The notes beneath the pieces are model-generated. The model was not told where the DNA came from, did not search any database, and saw nothing but the letters and a program-made list of their open reading frames with translations. From an uncultured Chloroflexia bacterium (lineage in GTDB: Bacteria; Chloroflexota; Limnocylindria; QHBO01), in NCBI GenBank assembly GCA_963695195.1, contig CAVOGE010000007.1, positions 831,756 to 895,755 on the forward strand: a DNA stretch of 64,000 nt, in the 5' to 3' direction. The translations under genes were made by a program, and so were the position numbers. Shown here piece by piece: positions 47,164 through 57,333 of this stretch. Within the stretch, counting starts at the first letter, position 1, and every line of letters starts with the position of its first letter.

Positions 47164-47928
47164 TCAGCGGCCCGCCACCAGGCTAATCCCCGCGACCATC
47201 GTTGCCAGCGCCACGGCCAGGAGTCCGAGCGCGAGCGAGGCCATCCCGGCCAACAGAAGGCGCGGTCTCCGCCCGCCGAGCACGCGCATCGCCTCATCGA
47301 GCTCAAGAGAAGTGATCACGTAGCCTCCCGGCGGCGGCGCCAGCGCGGTGCCGGCCTCCGCCGTTCGACGCACCTCCGCGAGCACCATGAGTCGCTCGAC
47401 GACGCTGAGCCTGTGGGTGATGGCGCGGGCGGCGGTCGGTCGGCCCAGCTCCGCGGTGATTCGGGCGACCGCAGCGGCATAGACCTCGCCCAATGCTTCA
47501 GGAGGCCCCTCCCAGACGTGCGGAAGCACGACCAGGGGTTCGTGCGCGTCCGCCGGGTCGACGGTCAATGAGCCGTCGTGATCCCACAGCTCGAAGGACC
47601 GCGACTCGCGAAGGCGTTCGATCAGGCGCCAGCGGCCGCCCGGGAGTTGGACCTCGATGTCGCGATGGAAGGCCACGAGACGGTCGTCCTCGGCGGTGAC
47701 GATCGGGTCGCCGCAGCGGATCCGACCGACCACGCGCACGGGGCGGCGCGGCAGCCCGGCGTCAGGTCCGACATCGAGCAGCCGCCCGACCTTGATCTCC
47801 CTCGCGCCGGCCAATCGTCGCGCCATGCCCGGTCGCGCCCCCGAGGCGCGCACCATGACCCACCCGGTCGCCACCAGCGCGGCGCCGGCGATCACAGCGG
47901 AGAGCTGGGCGGGGATGTCGAACAGCAT
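47164..47928 (-). CDS. Hypothetical membrane-anchored protein (N- and C-terminal TM helices)
   Basis: ORF upstream of and co-directional with the GGDEF gene. No family recognised. Confidence 0.4.
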   Translation of the reverse strand: MLFDIPAQLSAVIAGAALVATGWVMVRASGARPGMARRLAGAREIKVGRLLDVGPDAGLPRRPVRVVGRIRCGDPIVTAEDDRLVAFHRDIEVQLPGGRWRLIERLRESRSFELWDHDGSLTVDPADAHEPLVVLPHVWEGPPEALGEVYAAAVARITAELGRPTAARAITHRLSVVERLMVLAEVRRTAEAGTALAPPPGGYVITSLELDEAMRVLGGRRPRLLLAGMASLALGLLAVALATMVAGISLVAGR

Positions 47929-48109
47929 GGCTCCCGATTATCGCCGCCGCGACGGTGGGCGGATAAGGGGCCGGTAAGCGAGCGCGCGGTAGCCTCGTCC
48001 GGGCTGCCGCCGGGGCAGCGATCCGACGCCAGCAGGGAGGGACTCGCAGCCACCGGAACATCCGTCGCTCCAAATGCCACGACACAGGGCCATGCCACGG
48101 AGGTTCCCC

Positions 48110-49126
48110 ATGTCCACGTCGCGACGCGCTGCGGCGCGCCATCTCCCCGGCGCCGCGCGGCGCCTGCTCGTCCTGCTCTCCCTCGCGCCATTCGCGACCA
48201 GCCTCGTTATCGGTGTCGCGTCGGCTGGGCCCCCGCCGGCCGTCGTCCACCTGGATCCGGCCGGTGCCCGCGGATCGGGGGTGTCTGTCTCGTTGCGTCG
48301 CGATGAGCGGCGCGGCGTGGCACTCGTCGAGATCGGACTCCCTGCCTCCGCCCCGGGCGCGCGGGTCCTGGCAGTCGCTCCGGACGGGAGCTCAGCTGCG
48401 CTCGCGATGGCGGCAACCTCGCCTGGCGGGGAGCTGGCGATCGCGACGACCGATGGTGACCAGCTGCGCGTTCGTCTGCCCGGGGTGACCGCCGCCGGGT
48501 TTGCCCCCGCCGGCGACCGACTGGCCGTCATCGACGGGAACGGATCCCTGTGGCTGGTGGACGTCGACTCCGGCGCGTCACGTCGGGTCGGGGACGGGCC
48601 ATTCGTCGGCTCGCCGACCTTCGAGTCGGACGGCTCGCTGCTGCTCCTTGCCGCCAGCTCGGTCGAGGCGCCATATCGGTCGCAACCGGTCGTCGTTGCC
48701 GTGGGCAATGGCTCGTCGACGCCCATCTCGGAAGACGAGCTGGTCTACGCCGTCTTTCCGCTCACCGATGGCGCGCGCGCGATCGTCGTCCACGAGCCCG
48801 GCGGGACGGTCGTAAAGCGGCTCCGTGGCACCGATGCGTCCATCCTCGCCGAGCTTGGGCCCGATGCCACGGGCGTGACCGTCACGGGCGACGGGTCCCG
48901 CATCGCGTTTCAGCGTGGCGACGCCGGCATCTTCCTTGTCGACCGACCGGGTATGCCTCCCCGCCGGATCAGCGACGGATCGGCTCCGACCCTCTCGCCC
49001 GATGGCGAGCTGCTCCTGGTTCGCCACGGTGCGGGGACCGAACTGCTGGCGGTGGACGGCACGCTGGTGGCCACGTACGACGGCGCCGCCGCCTTCATCG
49101 GCTGCACCGAGGAGTGCCAGCCATGA
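48110..49126 (+). CDS. Secreted beta-propeller (TolB/WD40-like) repeat protein
   Basis: Signal peptide, repeated DG-S/LAV-DG motifs. GGAGG SD 6 nt before ATG 48110. Confidence 0.6.
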   Translation: MSTSRRAAARHLPGAARRLLVLLSLAPFATSLVIGVASAGPPPAVVHLDPAGARGSGVSVSLRRDERRGVALVEIGLPASAPGARVLAVAPDGSSAALAMAATSPGGELAIATTDGDQLRVRLPGVTAAGFAPAGDRLAVIDGNGSLWLVDVDSGASRRVGDGPFVGSPTFESDGSLLLLAASSVEAPYRSQPVVVAVGNGSSTPISEDELVYAVFPLTDGARAIVVHEPGGTVVKRLRGTDASILAELGPDATGVTVTGDGSRIAFQRGDAGIFLVDRPGMPPRRISDGSAPTLSPDGELLLVRHGAGTELLAVDGTLVATYDGAAAFIGCTEECQP

Positions 49127-50127
49127 CCCGCGTGCTGCGCGACATGACCGGATCGGTCCTCCTCCTGCCCCTGCTTGCCCTTGTCGGGGCGGGCGGCGCG
49201 GCCGCAACCGATGACTACACGCTTCCCTTCTACGACCCGGCGGTGACGCTCAGCTATGGCGTCGACCGTGATCCGCTGCTCAACCACCAGCTCGACTGGA
49301 CGGGGCAGGTCTGGAACGACGGCGTGCCCCACTACGGACGCGTGTACGACCAGCACTCCGGGATCGACTACCCGATGCCCCTGCTGAGCGACCTGGCCGC
49401 CGCCCGGGACGGTGTGGTGATCGATCGTGAGGGAGGCTTCGGGACACAGCAGTTCGGCTCATTCGGCAATTTCATGCTTGTCGAGCATGCGGATGGCAAG
49501 CGAACCCTGTACTACCACCTCGCCAGCAGCTCCGACGGCGGCCAGGCCGCGAATATCGGGCAGTCGGTGGTTGCCGGGCAGCGCATCGGCCGTTCCGGCT
49601 GCAGCGGGATCTGCTATGGCGCCCACCTGCACTTCGAGCTGCTGGCCTGGAATGCCACCGCCCGCACCTGGGTCTCCACCGATCCGATGGCGGAGCGCCG
49701 CTGGACCACCTGGCCCGGGCGCGTCCCCTTTCTGGCGACCTACCTTCGCGAGAACAACGCTGGCACCGAGGTCGTCGGGCGGGGCAGGACGATCACCCAC
49801 TGGGTCGAGTTCCGCAACGCCGGCGGCCGCACCTGGCGCAGCACCGGCATCCCGGGGAGAGCGGCGCTCGCCACCTGGAATCCGGCGTACCACAGCTCGC
49901 CATTCCGGGCTGGCGATTGGTCCGCCGCCTGGCTGGCGACGATGGTCGACACCGCCACGGTGGCGCCGGACGGGACCGGTCGATTCACGTTCGGGATTCG
50001 CGGCGGCCCTGCCCCTGGCAGCTACGTCGAGACGTTCAACCTGCTCTCGCAGGACGTGCGCTGGTTCGACCATGCCCGGCTCGGCTCGTTCTACGTGCCG
50101 ATCGTGGTGAGCAACGTGACCCAGTGA
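49123..50127 (+). CDS. M23-family metallopeptidase (LytM-like) with C-terminal extension
   Basis: HSGIDYP, GNFMLVEHADG, HLHFEL zinc-ligand motifs. ATGA overlap with upstream gene. Confidence 0.8.
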   Translation: MTRVLRDMTGSVLLLPLLALVGAGGAAATDDYTLPFYDPAVTLSYGVDRDPLLNHQLDWTGQVWNDGVPHYGRVYDQHSGIDYPMPLLSDLAAARDGVVIDREGGFGTQQFGSFGNFMLVEHADGKRTLYYHLASSSDGGQAANIGQSVVAGQRIGRSGCSGICYGAHLHFELLAWNATARTWVSTDPMAERRWTTWPGRVPFLATYLRENNAGTEVVGRGRTITHWVEFRNAGGRTWRSTGIPGRAALATWNPAYHSSPFRAGDWSAAWLATMVDTATVAPDGTGRFTFGIRGGPAPGSYVETFNLLSQDVRWFDHARLGSFYVPIVVSNVTQ

Positions 50128-50193
50128 GGGTAGACCGGCGGGGGACGGCGCCCGCCGCCCCGCGCCATAATCACGAGAAGGGGAGGACGTCGA

Positions 50194-50646
50194 ATGCACC
50201 GATTTCGACCGATCACGGAATTGCTGCTCGTCACCGCGCTGGTCGCATGCACACCTGGCTCATCGCCATCGACGACGCGGTCAGCTCGTCCCTCGAACCC
50301 GTCGTCCCCGGCCGGTTCGTCGGCTGCCACGGCAAGCGCGTCCGCGGTCGTGCGTCGCGAGTTGCCGTCCGGCTTTCCGATCATCGCTGGCGCGGTCGCG
50401 CTTTCGCTGCCCACTGACGACCTGGGGCTTATCGCTCATTGGACAAGCGACGTCGTCGGCACTCCGGTGTACGACTTCTACGTCGAGCGCCTCCCGGCGG
50501 CCGGCTACCCGATCGAGGGGCTCTACCCTGGCGACGCGTTCGCGGTGATCCGCTTCACCGGGCCCGGAAACGAGATCTGGCAGCTGATCATGCAGACCAC
50601 CGACCTGGCAACCACCGAGATCGAGGTGCGGCTCGACCGTCCCTAG
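50194..50646 (+). CDS. Lipoprotein, unknown function
   Basis: Lipobox LVAC, Ser/Pro-rich linker. Confidence 0.5.
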   Translation: MHRFRPITELLLVTALVACTPGSSPSTTRSARPSNPSSPAGSSAATASASAVVRRELPSGFPIIAGAVALSLPTDDLGLIAHWTSDVVGTPVYDFYVERLPAAGYPIEGLYPGDAFAVIRFTGPGNEIWQLIMQTTDLATTEIEVRLDRP

Positions 50647-51146
50647 CCGGCGGCGTCCGCGGCCAGGCTGGCCGGCTGAGCCGCGGCGACCCGAGTCAGC
50701 TCAGCGGGTTCAATCGAAAAGACCGCGTCGGGTAGCCCGGCGGCCGCCCATACGAGGTCGTGCTCGAGCAGGTGCGCATCGACGAGGACGGGCAGGGGCC
50801 GCGCATGCCCGAACGGCGGCACGCCACCGATCGCGAAGCCGGTCGCGGCCCGCACCTCGTCGCCATCCGCACGACGGACCACCTCTGCCCCGAGTGCTGC
50901 CGCGAGGCGCATCGGATCGAGCCGGTCGTTGCCGGCAACGAGGGCGACCACGGGACTCCCATCGACGAGGAAGACGAGTGACTTGACGATCTGCGACACC
51001 GCGCACCCGACCGCCCGGGCCGCGTCCTCGGCGGTGCGTGTTCCCTCCGGGAACCGGCTCACCGTGATCGTCAGGCCGGCCGCCATCGCGGCCGCTTCGA
51101 CCCGCGCCACGTTCGGGTGGGTAGGCGGCGCGGAGGCATCGGTCAT
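50643..51146 (-). CDS. YbaK/ProX-family aminoacyl-tRNA deacylase domain protein
   Basis: Family motifs (IVKSLVF, GFAIGGVPPFGH). Confidence 0.8.
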   Translation of the reverse strand: MTDASAPPTHPNVARVEAAAMAAGLTITVSRFPEGTRTAEDAARAVGCAVSQIVKSLVFLVDGSPVVALVAGNDRLDPMRLAAALGAEVVRRADGDEVRAATGFAIGGVPPFGHARPLPVLVDAHLLEHDLVWAAAGLPDAVFSIEPAELTRVAAAQPASLAADAAG

Positions 51147-51194
51147 GGCCGGATCATGCCACGCGTGCTACGCTCGGCGCGACAACTCCATAGC

Positions 51195-51276
51195 GACAGG
51201 GGAGCGCGCGAGCGCTGAGAGTGCGGCAGGCCGCAGACCCTCGAACCTGATCTGGGTCATACCAGCGAAGGGAGTC
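51195..51276 (+). ncRNA. TPP (THI-box) riboswitch
   Basis: GGGGAGC...GCUGAGA...ACCC...AACCUGAUCUGGGUCAUACCAGCGAAGGGA matches the THI element core. Sits 5' of the thiamine pyrophosphokinase / ECF transporter operon. Confidence 0.85.
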
Positions 51277-51392
51277 GGTTTGAACCGTGCGACGGCGCGC
51301 CCCAACCAGGTGCGCCGTTCCTGATTCCGAACGGACCGATGCGTGGTCCGGCGCGCCCCGTCGCCCGTTGCCCAAGACAGGAGGAGCGTGCG

Positions 51393-52043
51393 GTGAAAGC
51401 GGTGGTGGTGGCCGGCGGTGACGCCCACCGCGGCGATGCAGCGCACCTGGTCGACGCCGACCTGGTGATTGCCGCCGACGGCGGGGTGCAATGGCTGGAT
51501 GAGATCGGGGTGCCGCCACACGTGGTCGTGGGCGACCTCGACTCGGCCGACCCGCGGCTGATCGAGCGGCTCGAGATGGAGGGGGTACCGATCGAGCGCC
51601 ACCCGGTCGACAAGGACGCCTCTGACGCCGAGCTGGCCGTTGGCCGGGCCGTGACGGCCGGTGCCGGCGAGGTGCTGATCCTGGGCGCCCTCGGCGGCGA
51701 TCGCATCGACCACGAGCTGGCAAACCTGCTTCTCCTCACCGCCCCGCGGTGGCGCGGGCACAGGCTTCGGATCGTCCGGGGCTCGACCTCGGTCCAGGCG
51801 CTGGCCGCGGGAGAGCGGCTCGCGCTCGCCGGCGCGCCCGGCGACCTCGTCACGCTGCTGCCGATCTCCGGAGACGCCGCCGGCGTGTGGACCGAAGGGC
51901 TTCGCTACGCGCTCGCCGGCGAGACGCTCGTGGCTGGGTCGACCCGCGGCCTATCGAACGAGGTGGTGCTCGCACCGGCATCGGTTCGGACCGATGCGGG
52001 CAGTCTGCTGGTCATCGAAACGCCAAGGGAGGTCGGTCCGTGA
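51393..52043 (+). CDS. Thiamine pyrophosphokinase
   Basis: TPK catalytic and thiamine-binding domains (VVVAGGD, ADGG, GDLDS). GTG 51393 with AGGAGG SD. Confidence 0.75.
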   Translation: MKAVVVAGGDAHRGDAAHLVDADLVIAADGGVQWLDEIGVPPHVVVGDLDSADPRLIERLEMEGVPIERHPVDKDASDAELAVGRAVTAGAGEVLILGALGGDRIDHELANLLLLTAPRWRGHRLRIVRGSTSVQALAAGERLALAGAPGDLVTLLPISGDAAGVWTEGLRYALAGETLVAGSTRGLSNEVVLAPASVRTDAGSLLVIETPREVGP

Positions 52044-52633
52044 CGCAAGCCGAATCGCCCGCCGAGGGCTGGCGCCTCGTCGACGTGGTGGTAGCCGCCG
52101 TGCTGGGCGTGGCCTTCGGCGCCGTCTTTCAGGGTTGGAACCTGCTGTGGGCCGCGACCGCGCCGGCCTTCGCCGCCCTGCCACCGCTGCAGGGGCTGAT
52201 CTACGGCGTCTGGCTGCTGCCGGCAGTACTCGTGCCGCTGGTCGTACGTCGGCCGGGCGCCGCGCTCTTCGGTGAGCTGGTGGCCGCGTCCGCGTCGGCG
52301 CTCTTCGGCGCGCCCTGGGGGCTGCTGACGATCGTCTACGGCCTGATGCAGGGGGGCGCCGCGGAGATTGTCTTCGCCGCCGGTCTCTATCGCCGCTGGG
52401 GGTTGGCGGTTGTCGTACTGGCGGGTGCGGCGGCCGGGGGAGCGGCCGTGCTCCTCGACCTCGCGCTCTACTACCCCGCCTGGGAGGCCGCCTGGCAGAT
52501 CGCCTACGCGGCGCTCGTCATCCCGAGCGCGGCGGTCATTGCCGGTGTCGGTGCCTGGCTGCTCGTCCGCTCGCTGGCGCGCACCGGCGTTCTCGCCGGC
52601 TTCCCGGTCGGGCGCGAGCAGCCGCGGATCTGA
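52040..52633 (+). CDS. ECF-transporter substrate-specific (S) component, YkoE-like (thiamine-related)
   Basis: 197-aa 6-TM protein. GTGA overlap with TPK stop, AAGGGAGG SD. Confidence 0.65.
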   Translation: MTQAESPAEGWRLVDVVVAAVLGVAFGAVFQGWNLLWAATAPAFAALPPLQGLIYGVWLLPAVLVPLVVRRPGAALFGELVAASASALFGAPWGLLTIVYGLMQGGAAEIVFAAGLYRRWGLAVVVLAGAAAGGAAVLLDLALYYPAWEAAWQIAYAALVIPSAAVIAGVGAWLLVRSLARTGVLAGFPVGREQPRI

Positions 52634-52640
52634 CCGGCTG

Positions 52641-54080
52641 ATGACGGGGATCGCCGTCGAGGCCCGCGGCTGGGGTTGGCGGCACCCCGGCCGGCGCGAC
52701 TGGGCTCTTCGCGGCGTTGACCTGCGCATTGCGCCTGGGGAGCGGGTGCTCCTCCTCGGACCGTCCGGCTCGGGCAAGTCGACGCTGCTTGCCGCGATGG
52801 CCGGGCTGCTGGCGGGCGGGGATTCGGAGGGGGAGCTCGTCGTGGATGGTCTCCCGCCGCGCGAGACCCGCGACCGCGTCGGGATCCTCTTCCAGGACCC
52901 GGAGTCGCAGATCGTGATGGCGCGCGCCGGCGACGAGGTCGCCTTCGGACTCGAGAACCGATGCGTCCCGCAACCCGAGATCTGGCCACGAGTCGACGGA
53001 GCGCTCGCCGAAGTCGGCTTCCCCTACGGCCGCGACCGCGCGACCGACGCCCTGTCCGGTGGGGAGCAGCAGCGGCTCGCCCTGGCCGCCACCATCGCCC
53101 TGCGCCCCGACCTCCTGCTCCTCGACGAGCCGACCGCCAACCTCGACCCCGACGGCGCCGCGCTCCTGACGGCGGCGTTGCGGCGCGTTGCGGCCGATGC
53201 GCCGTCGAGGACCCTGGTGATGGTCGAACACCGTGTGGCGGCGGCCCTCCCGCTGGTGGATCGCGCGGTCGTGCTGCAGGCGGGCGGCGGAGTGATCGCC
53301 GATGGCCCTCCACGCGAGGTCTTTGCCCGGCTGGGCGACGAGCTGGCGGCCGCGGGGGTCTGGGTGCCCGGCCATCCGCTGCCGCGCTCGCGACGCCGAT
53401 CAGACATGGCGCAGGAGCCGCTGCTTATCGCCGAGGAGGCCGGCTACCGATACCCGGGCGAGCGCACGGCGGCACTTGGCGGCGTGAGCCTGGAGCTGCG
53501 CTCGGGTGAGGCGCTGGCGGTGACCGGCGCGAACGGCTCCGGGAAGACGACGCTGGCGCTCCTGCTCGGCGGCCTGCTGCGACCGACCACCGGGAGTGTG
53601 CTCGCCACGCCGCTCCTGGCCGGGGCCCTCGGGAGTGACCCCGGGCGGTGGTCCGCTCGTCGCCTGGCGGCCCGCGTCGGGTCGGTCTTCCAGGATCCGG
53701 AGCACCAGTTCCTGACCGGTCGCGTGGTGGATGAGCTGACGATCGGTCCCCTGCGGGCCGGAACGGAGAGCGCCACCGCCCGGGGTCGCGCGGACGAGCT
53801 GCTGGCACGCCTCCACCTCGCCCACCTGGCCGAAGCGAACCCGTTCACGCTGTCCGGCGGCGAGAAGCGGCGTCTCTCGGTGGCGACCGCGCTGGCAGCC
53901 GGGCCAGCGATCCTGATCCTGGACGAGCCGACCTTCGGGCAGGACCGGCGAACCGCGGTCGGGCTGCTGGATCTGCTGGCCGCGCAGCGCGATGCCGGGA
54001 CCGCGATCTGCTTCGTCACGCACGACGCGGCCTTCGCCGAGGCGCTCGCCGATCGCACGCTGCGGCTGTCGTCGCCATGA
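52641..54080 (+). CDS. ECF-transporter fused tandem ATPase (two ABC domains), YkoD-like
   Basis: Two Walker A (GPSGSGKST, GANGSGKTT), two LSGGE signatures, two Walker B. Confidence 0.85.
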   Translation: MTGIAVEARGWGWRHPGRRDWALRGVDLRIAPGERVLLLGPSGSGKSTLLAAMAGLLAGGDSEGELVVDGLPPRETRDRVGILFQDPESQIVMARAGDEVAFGLENRCVPQPEIWPRVDGALAEVGFPYGRDRATDALSGGEQQRLALAATIALRPDLLLLDEPTANLDPDGAALLTAALRRVAADAPSRTLVMVEHRVAAALPLVDRAVVLQAGGGVIADGPPREVFARLGDELAAAGVWVPGHPLPRSRRRSDMAQEPLLIAEEAGYRYPGERTAALGGVSLELRSGEALAVTGANGSGKTTLALLLGGLLRPTTGSVLATPLLAGALGSDPGRWSARRLAARVGSVFQDPEHQFLTGRVVDELTIGPLRAGTESATARGRADELLARLHLAHLAEANPFTLSGGEKRRLSVATALAAGPAILILDEPTFGQDRRTAVGLLDLLAAQRDAGTAICFVTHDAAFAEALADRTLRLSSP

Positions 54081-54844
54081 TCCGCTTCGCGCCCATTCGA
54101 CCCGACGCGGCGGCCCCCCTGCCACGCGCGAACCCGATCGCCAAGCTGATCGCCGCGGTGGTCCTGATGGCCGTGCTCTTCGTCTCGGCCGACCCGCTCA
54201 GCGCCGCGCTGGTGCTCACCGGCCTGGCGGTCTGCGTCCCGCTCACCGGCGTGCGGCCGCGCGACCTGTTGGCGCGAACCTGGCCGCTCCTGCTGGCGGC
54301 GGTATCGGTTGGCGTGTTGAACGTGGTCCTCGGCTCGAGTGGTCCGGGTGCCGATGGCTGGTCTGCCGGCATCGGGCTCGGGCTGCGGCTGCTGGCGATT
54401 GCGCTCTCGGGAGTGCTGGCGCTGGTGACCACTGACCCCACCGACCTGGCCGATGCGCTGCAGCAGCAGGCGCGTCTCTCGCCACGCGTGGCCATTGGCG
54501 CGCTGGCTGCCGCCAGGCTCCTGCCGATCCTCGCCGCCGAGTGGCAGATCCTGCGACTGGCTCGCCGCGCCCGGGGCGTGGAGGCTGGGCGCTCGCCGAT
54601 TGCCGCGGGCCGAATGGCGCTCGGGATGCTGCTCGCCCTCTTGGTTGGGGCGGTCCGTCGTGCCACCCGGCTGGCCACCGCCATGGAGTCCCGTGGCTTC
54701 GGCGCCGAGCCCTGCCGGACCATTGCACGACCGACCCGGATGCTTGCCGCGGATTGGGGCTGGATCTCGGCCGCAATGCTCCTTGGCTTCGGGGCTGTCG
54801 CGTTGAGCCTCGCCGCAGGCAGCTGGCGCTTCGTCTTCGGCTAG
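54077..54844 (+). CDS. ECF-transporter transmembrane (T) component, CbiQ/YkoC-like
   Basis: CbiQ-family topology, ATGA overlap. Confidence 0.8.
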   Translation: MIRFAPIRPDAAAPLPRANPIAKLIAAVVLMAVLFVSADPLSAALVLTGLAVCVPLTGVRPRDLLARTWPLLLAAVSVGVLNVVLGSSGPGADGWSAGIGLGLRLLAIALSGVLALVTTDPTDLADALQQQARLSPRVAIGALAAARLLPILAAEWQILRLARRARGVEAGRSPIAAGRMALGMLLALLVGAVRRATRLATAMESRGFGAEPCRTIARPTRMLAADWGWISAAMLLGFGAVALSLAAGSWRFVFG

Positions 54845-55028
54845 GGCACGAATGCAGCGCTGCGCTCTGCATCGGAGCACTCCGACGGGGATTCGACGAT
54901 CCGGGCCCGATTTCGTGGCCTTCCTGCACAGTACGGAGAATCCGGCCGGGATACGGACTCATATCGGTCCGTGTGCTCGGATACCGAGCGGCCAACCGTG
55001 TCAGGCGCAGGACTGACGAAGGGGCCGG

Positions 55029-56327
55029 TCAGATCGCCGCTTGCGCCGCGGTGAAGGGTCCCAGCCAGGTCGGCTCGTACTGCGTGCCGACGTAGCGGGC
55101 CGGCTCGAACGGAGCCAGGGAGAGGGTACGTGCTTCGCCCTCGGCGATCAGCTCGGCGAGGAGCAGCCCCATGATCGGCGCGTAGGGGAGGCCGTGGCCG
55201 GTCAGGCCACAGGCAAGGTAGCCGCCGGGGACCGGCGTTCCGTCCTCGGCCGGGAGTCGTCCCATCATCGGGATCTCGAGCGATGCGAAGTCGAGCAGCC
55301 CCGCCCAGCAGCGCACGATCCGGGCATCGGCTGCCCCTGGGTGGAGGCGCCCGAGGAGCCCGGCCAGCAGCGGGGGCACCGCCGGCGTCACGTCCAACGC
55401 GTAGGTGCCGATCCCCATCTCACGGTCCGCCACCGCGAAGCCGCCGATCAGCACCTCGCCGCTGCGCAACTGCCGCCAGTACTCGTTGCATTGGTTCATC
55501 TGATACCCCGGGCCAAGGATCGGCGGGATCGGCTCGGTCACGCAGACGTGCTCGCGGATGGGGGTCAGGTTGGCGCGGATGTGTGGCACCAGGGCCGGGG
55601 TCCAGGCGTTGGTGGCGAGCAGCACCGCGCCTGCGCTCACCTCCCCGTGCGAGGTGGCCACACCGGCCACGCGGCCCGATCGCACGAGTACGTTCTCGAC
55701 GCGCACCCCGGTCACGACCGATGCGCCGCGCGCCCGAGCGGCCGCGAGCAGCGCGTAGACCAGGTGGATGGGATGCACCTGACCATCGCGCGGCGTCCAT
55801 TTCGCGCTGCGCACCTGGCTCAGGTCCATTCCGGGAGCGAGTTCACCCATCCGATCGGGCCCGATGACCTCCACCTCCATCCCCTCCGCCGCCTGGATCG
55901 AGGCGATGTGGCGTCCATCGGCCTCCTCGGACTCGGTGGTGAAGAGGTCGAGTGAGCCGGTGCGATCCCAGTCCACGCCACCGGGGAGGACTCCGTCGAG
56001 CTCCTCGAGCAGGTCGAGTGAACGCATCGTGTAGTCGAGGATGGAGCGTCCCCCGGCCCGCTGGACAAGCTTCGTCACCCGCGCGAAGTGCCCTCCCAGG
56101 CCGGCGAGGGCCAGCCCTGCCAGGCGTCCGCTTGCGCCGCTGGCGGGAGCATTGGCGTCGATCACCAGCGGTCGCATCCCGGCCAGCGCCAGTCGGTAGG
56201 CCGCTGAGGCTCCGACCATTCCCGCTCCCACTACGACCACCTCGGCCGTGGCCGGCAGCTCGGCGTGCGGGTCGGGGGCGAAGGCGATCGACTCGGGGGG
56301 CGGTGCGAACCGCGGGACGGCGCTCAT
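55029..56327 (-). CDS. FAD-dependent oxidoreductase (DAO family; amino-acid/sarcosine oxidase-like)
   Basis: VVVVGAGMVGASAAYRLA dinucleotide motif. Start ATG 56327 or 56354. Confidence 0.8.
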   Translation of the reverse strand: MSAVPRFAPPPESIAFAPDPHAELPATAEVVVVGAGMVGASAAYRLALAGMRPLVIDANAPASGASGRLAGLALAGLGGHFARVTKLVQRAGGRSILDYTMRSLDLLEELDGVLPGGVDWDRTGSLDLFTTESEEADGRHIASIQAAEGMEVEVIGPDRMGELAPGMDLSQVRSAKWTPRDGQVHPIHLVYALLAAARARGASVVTGVRVENVLVRSGRVAGVATSHGEVSAGAVLLATNAWTPALVPHIRANLTPIREHVCVTEPIPPILGPGYQMNQCNEYWRQLRSGEVLIGGFAVADREMGIGTYALDVTPAVPPLLAGLLGRLHPGAADARIVRCWAGLLDFASLEIPMMGRLPAEDGTPVPGGYLACGLTGHGLPYAPIMGLLLAELIAEGEARTLSLAPFEPARYVGTQYEPTWLGPFTAAQAAI

Positions 56328-56352
56328 CGGGAGCCGAGTGTACCCTCGTGGC

Positions 56353-57333
56353 ATGCCCCGCTCCGAGGAGCTGCGCGTCCGAGCCGGTGAGGTCCATCTT
56401 GCCGGGGTGCTCACGCTGCCCGACGCACCACCACCGCCCGACCGGCGCGGTCGCTACCCGAATGCGCTCCTGCTGCCGTCCTGGCTGCCGCGCGATCGAG
56501 GGGGGCACTACGACCGGACCGGGCACCCGACCTGGTTCGGTCCCGCTCCGGTCGCTCCCGGCCTGCTGGAGCGCCTCGGCGACGCGTTGGCGGAGCGCGG
56601 CGTGGCGACGCTGCGCTGTGACGCGCGCGGCTGCGGTGTCTCCGAAGGGGTCTGGGAGGCGGCCGATCTGTTCACCCGGATCGACGACGCGCGCGACCAG
56701 CTGGCGGCCATGCGCGGCCACGGAGCGCTCGACCTGCGCCGAACCGGGATCGTCGGGCATGGGGAGGGGGCGACCCTGGCGATCGCGGTGGCCATCGCCG
56801 ATCCGGTCATCTCGGCGCTGACCCTGGTGGGAGCCTCGGCTCGTTCGTGGCGCGACACGCTGCGACGCGCGGCTGCAACCCGCGGCCGCACCGGCACCGA
56901 CAGAGAGCATCCACTGATCGCCGCCCTCGACCTGTGGAGCGAGGATCTGCTGGAGCGCGCCGAGCGACGCGAGGCCTCGTTCGAGCTGCGCCTGCGCGGT
57001 GGCGAGCGGGTCACCCTGAACCTGTCCGCCATCGAGCAGGCGATCCACACACCGTCGCTCGCGCTCATCACCATGCTGCATCGGTCGGTGACGCTGGTGC
57101 ACGGCACGGCGGACGTTTGGACCGATCCGGCCGAGTCGGCTCTCCTCGCCGACGGGCTCCGCGCCGCCGCGCCTGACGAACCACGGCCGCGACTGATCAG
57201 CATCCCCGGCGGCGGGCACGACCTGGCCGAGGCGAGTGACACCGTCATCGGCGATCTGGCCGATGACCTGGCTGCCCGGTTGATGCCGGGGGAGCTGCCC
57301 CCGGTGCTGGTCGCGATCGAGGAGATGGGGTGA
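56353..57333 (+). CDS. Alpha/beta-hydrolase (dienelactone hydrolase-like)
   Basis: GHGEGA nucleophile elbow, C-terminal HD. Start ATG 56353 inside a GCATGC palindrome shared with the divergent gene. Confidence 0.7.
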   Translation: MPRSEELRVRAGEVHLAGVLTLPDAPPPPDRRGRYPNALLLPSWLPRDRGGHYDRTGHPTWFGPAPVAPGLLERLGDALAERGVATLRCDARGCGVSEGVWEAADLFTRIDDARDQLAAMRGHGALDLRRTGIVGHGEGATLAIAVAIADPVISALTLVGASARSWRDTLRRAAATRGRTGTDREHPLIAALDLWSEDLLERAERREASFELRLRGGERVTLNLSAIEQAIHTPSLALITMLHRSVTLVHGTADVWTDPAESALLADGLRAAAPDEPRPRLISIPGGGHDLAEASDTVIGDLADDLAARLMPGELPPVLVAIEEMG

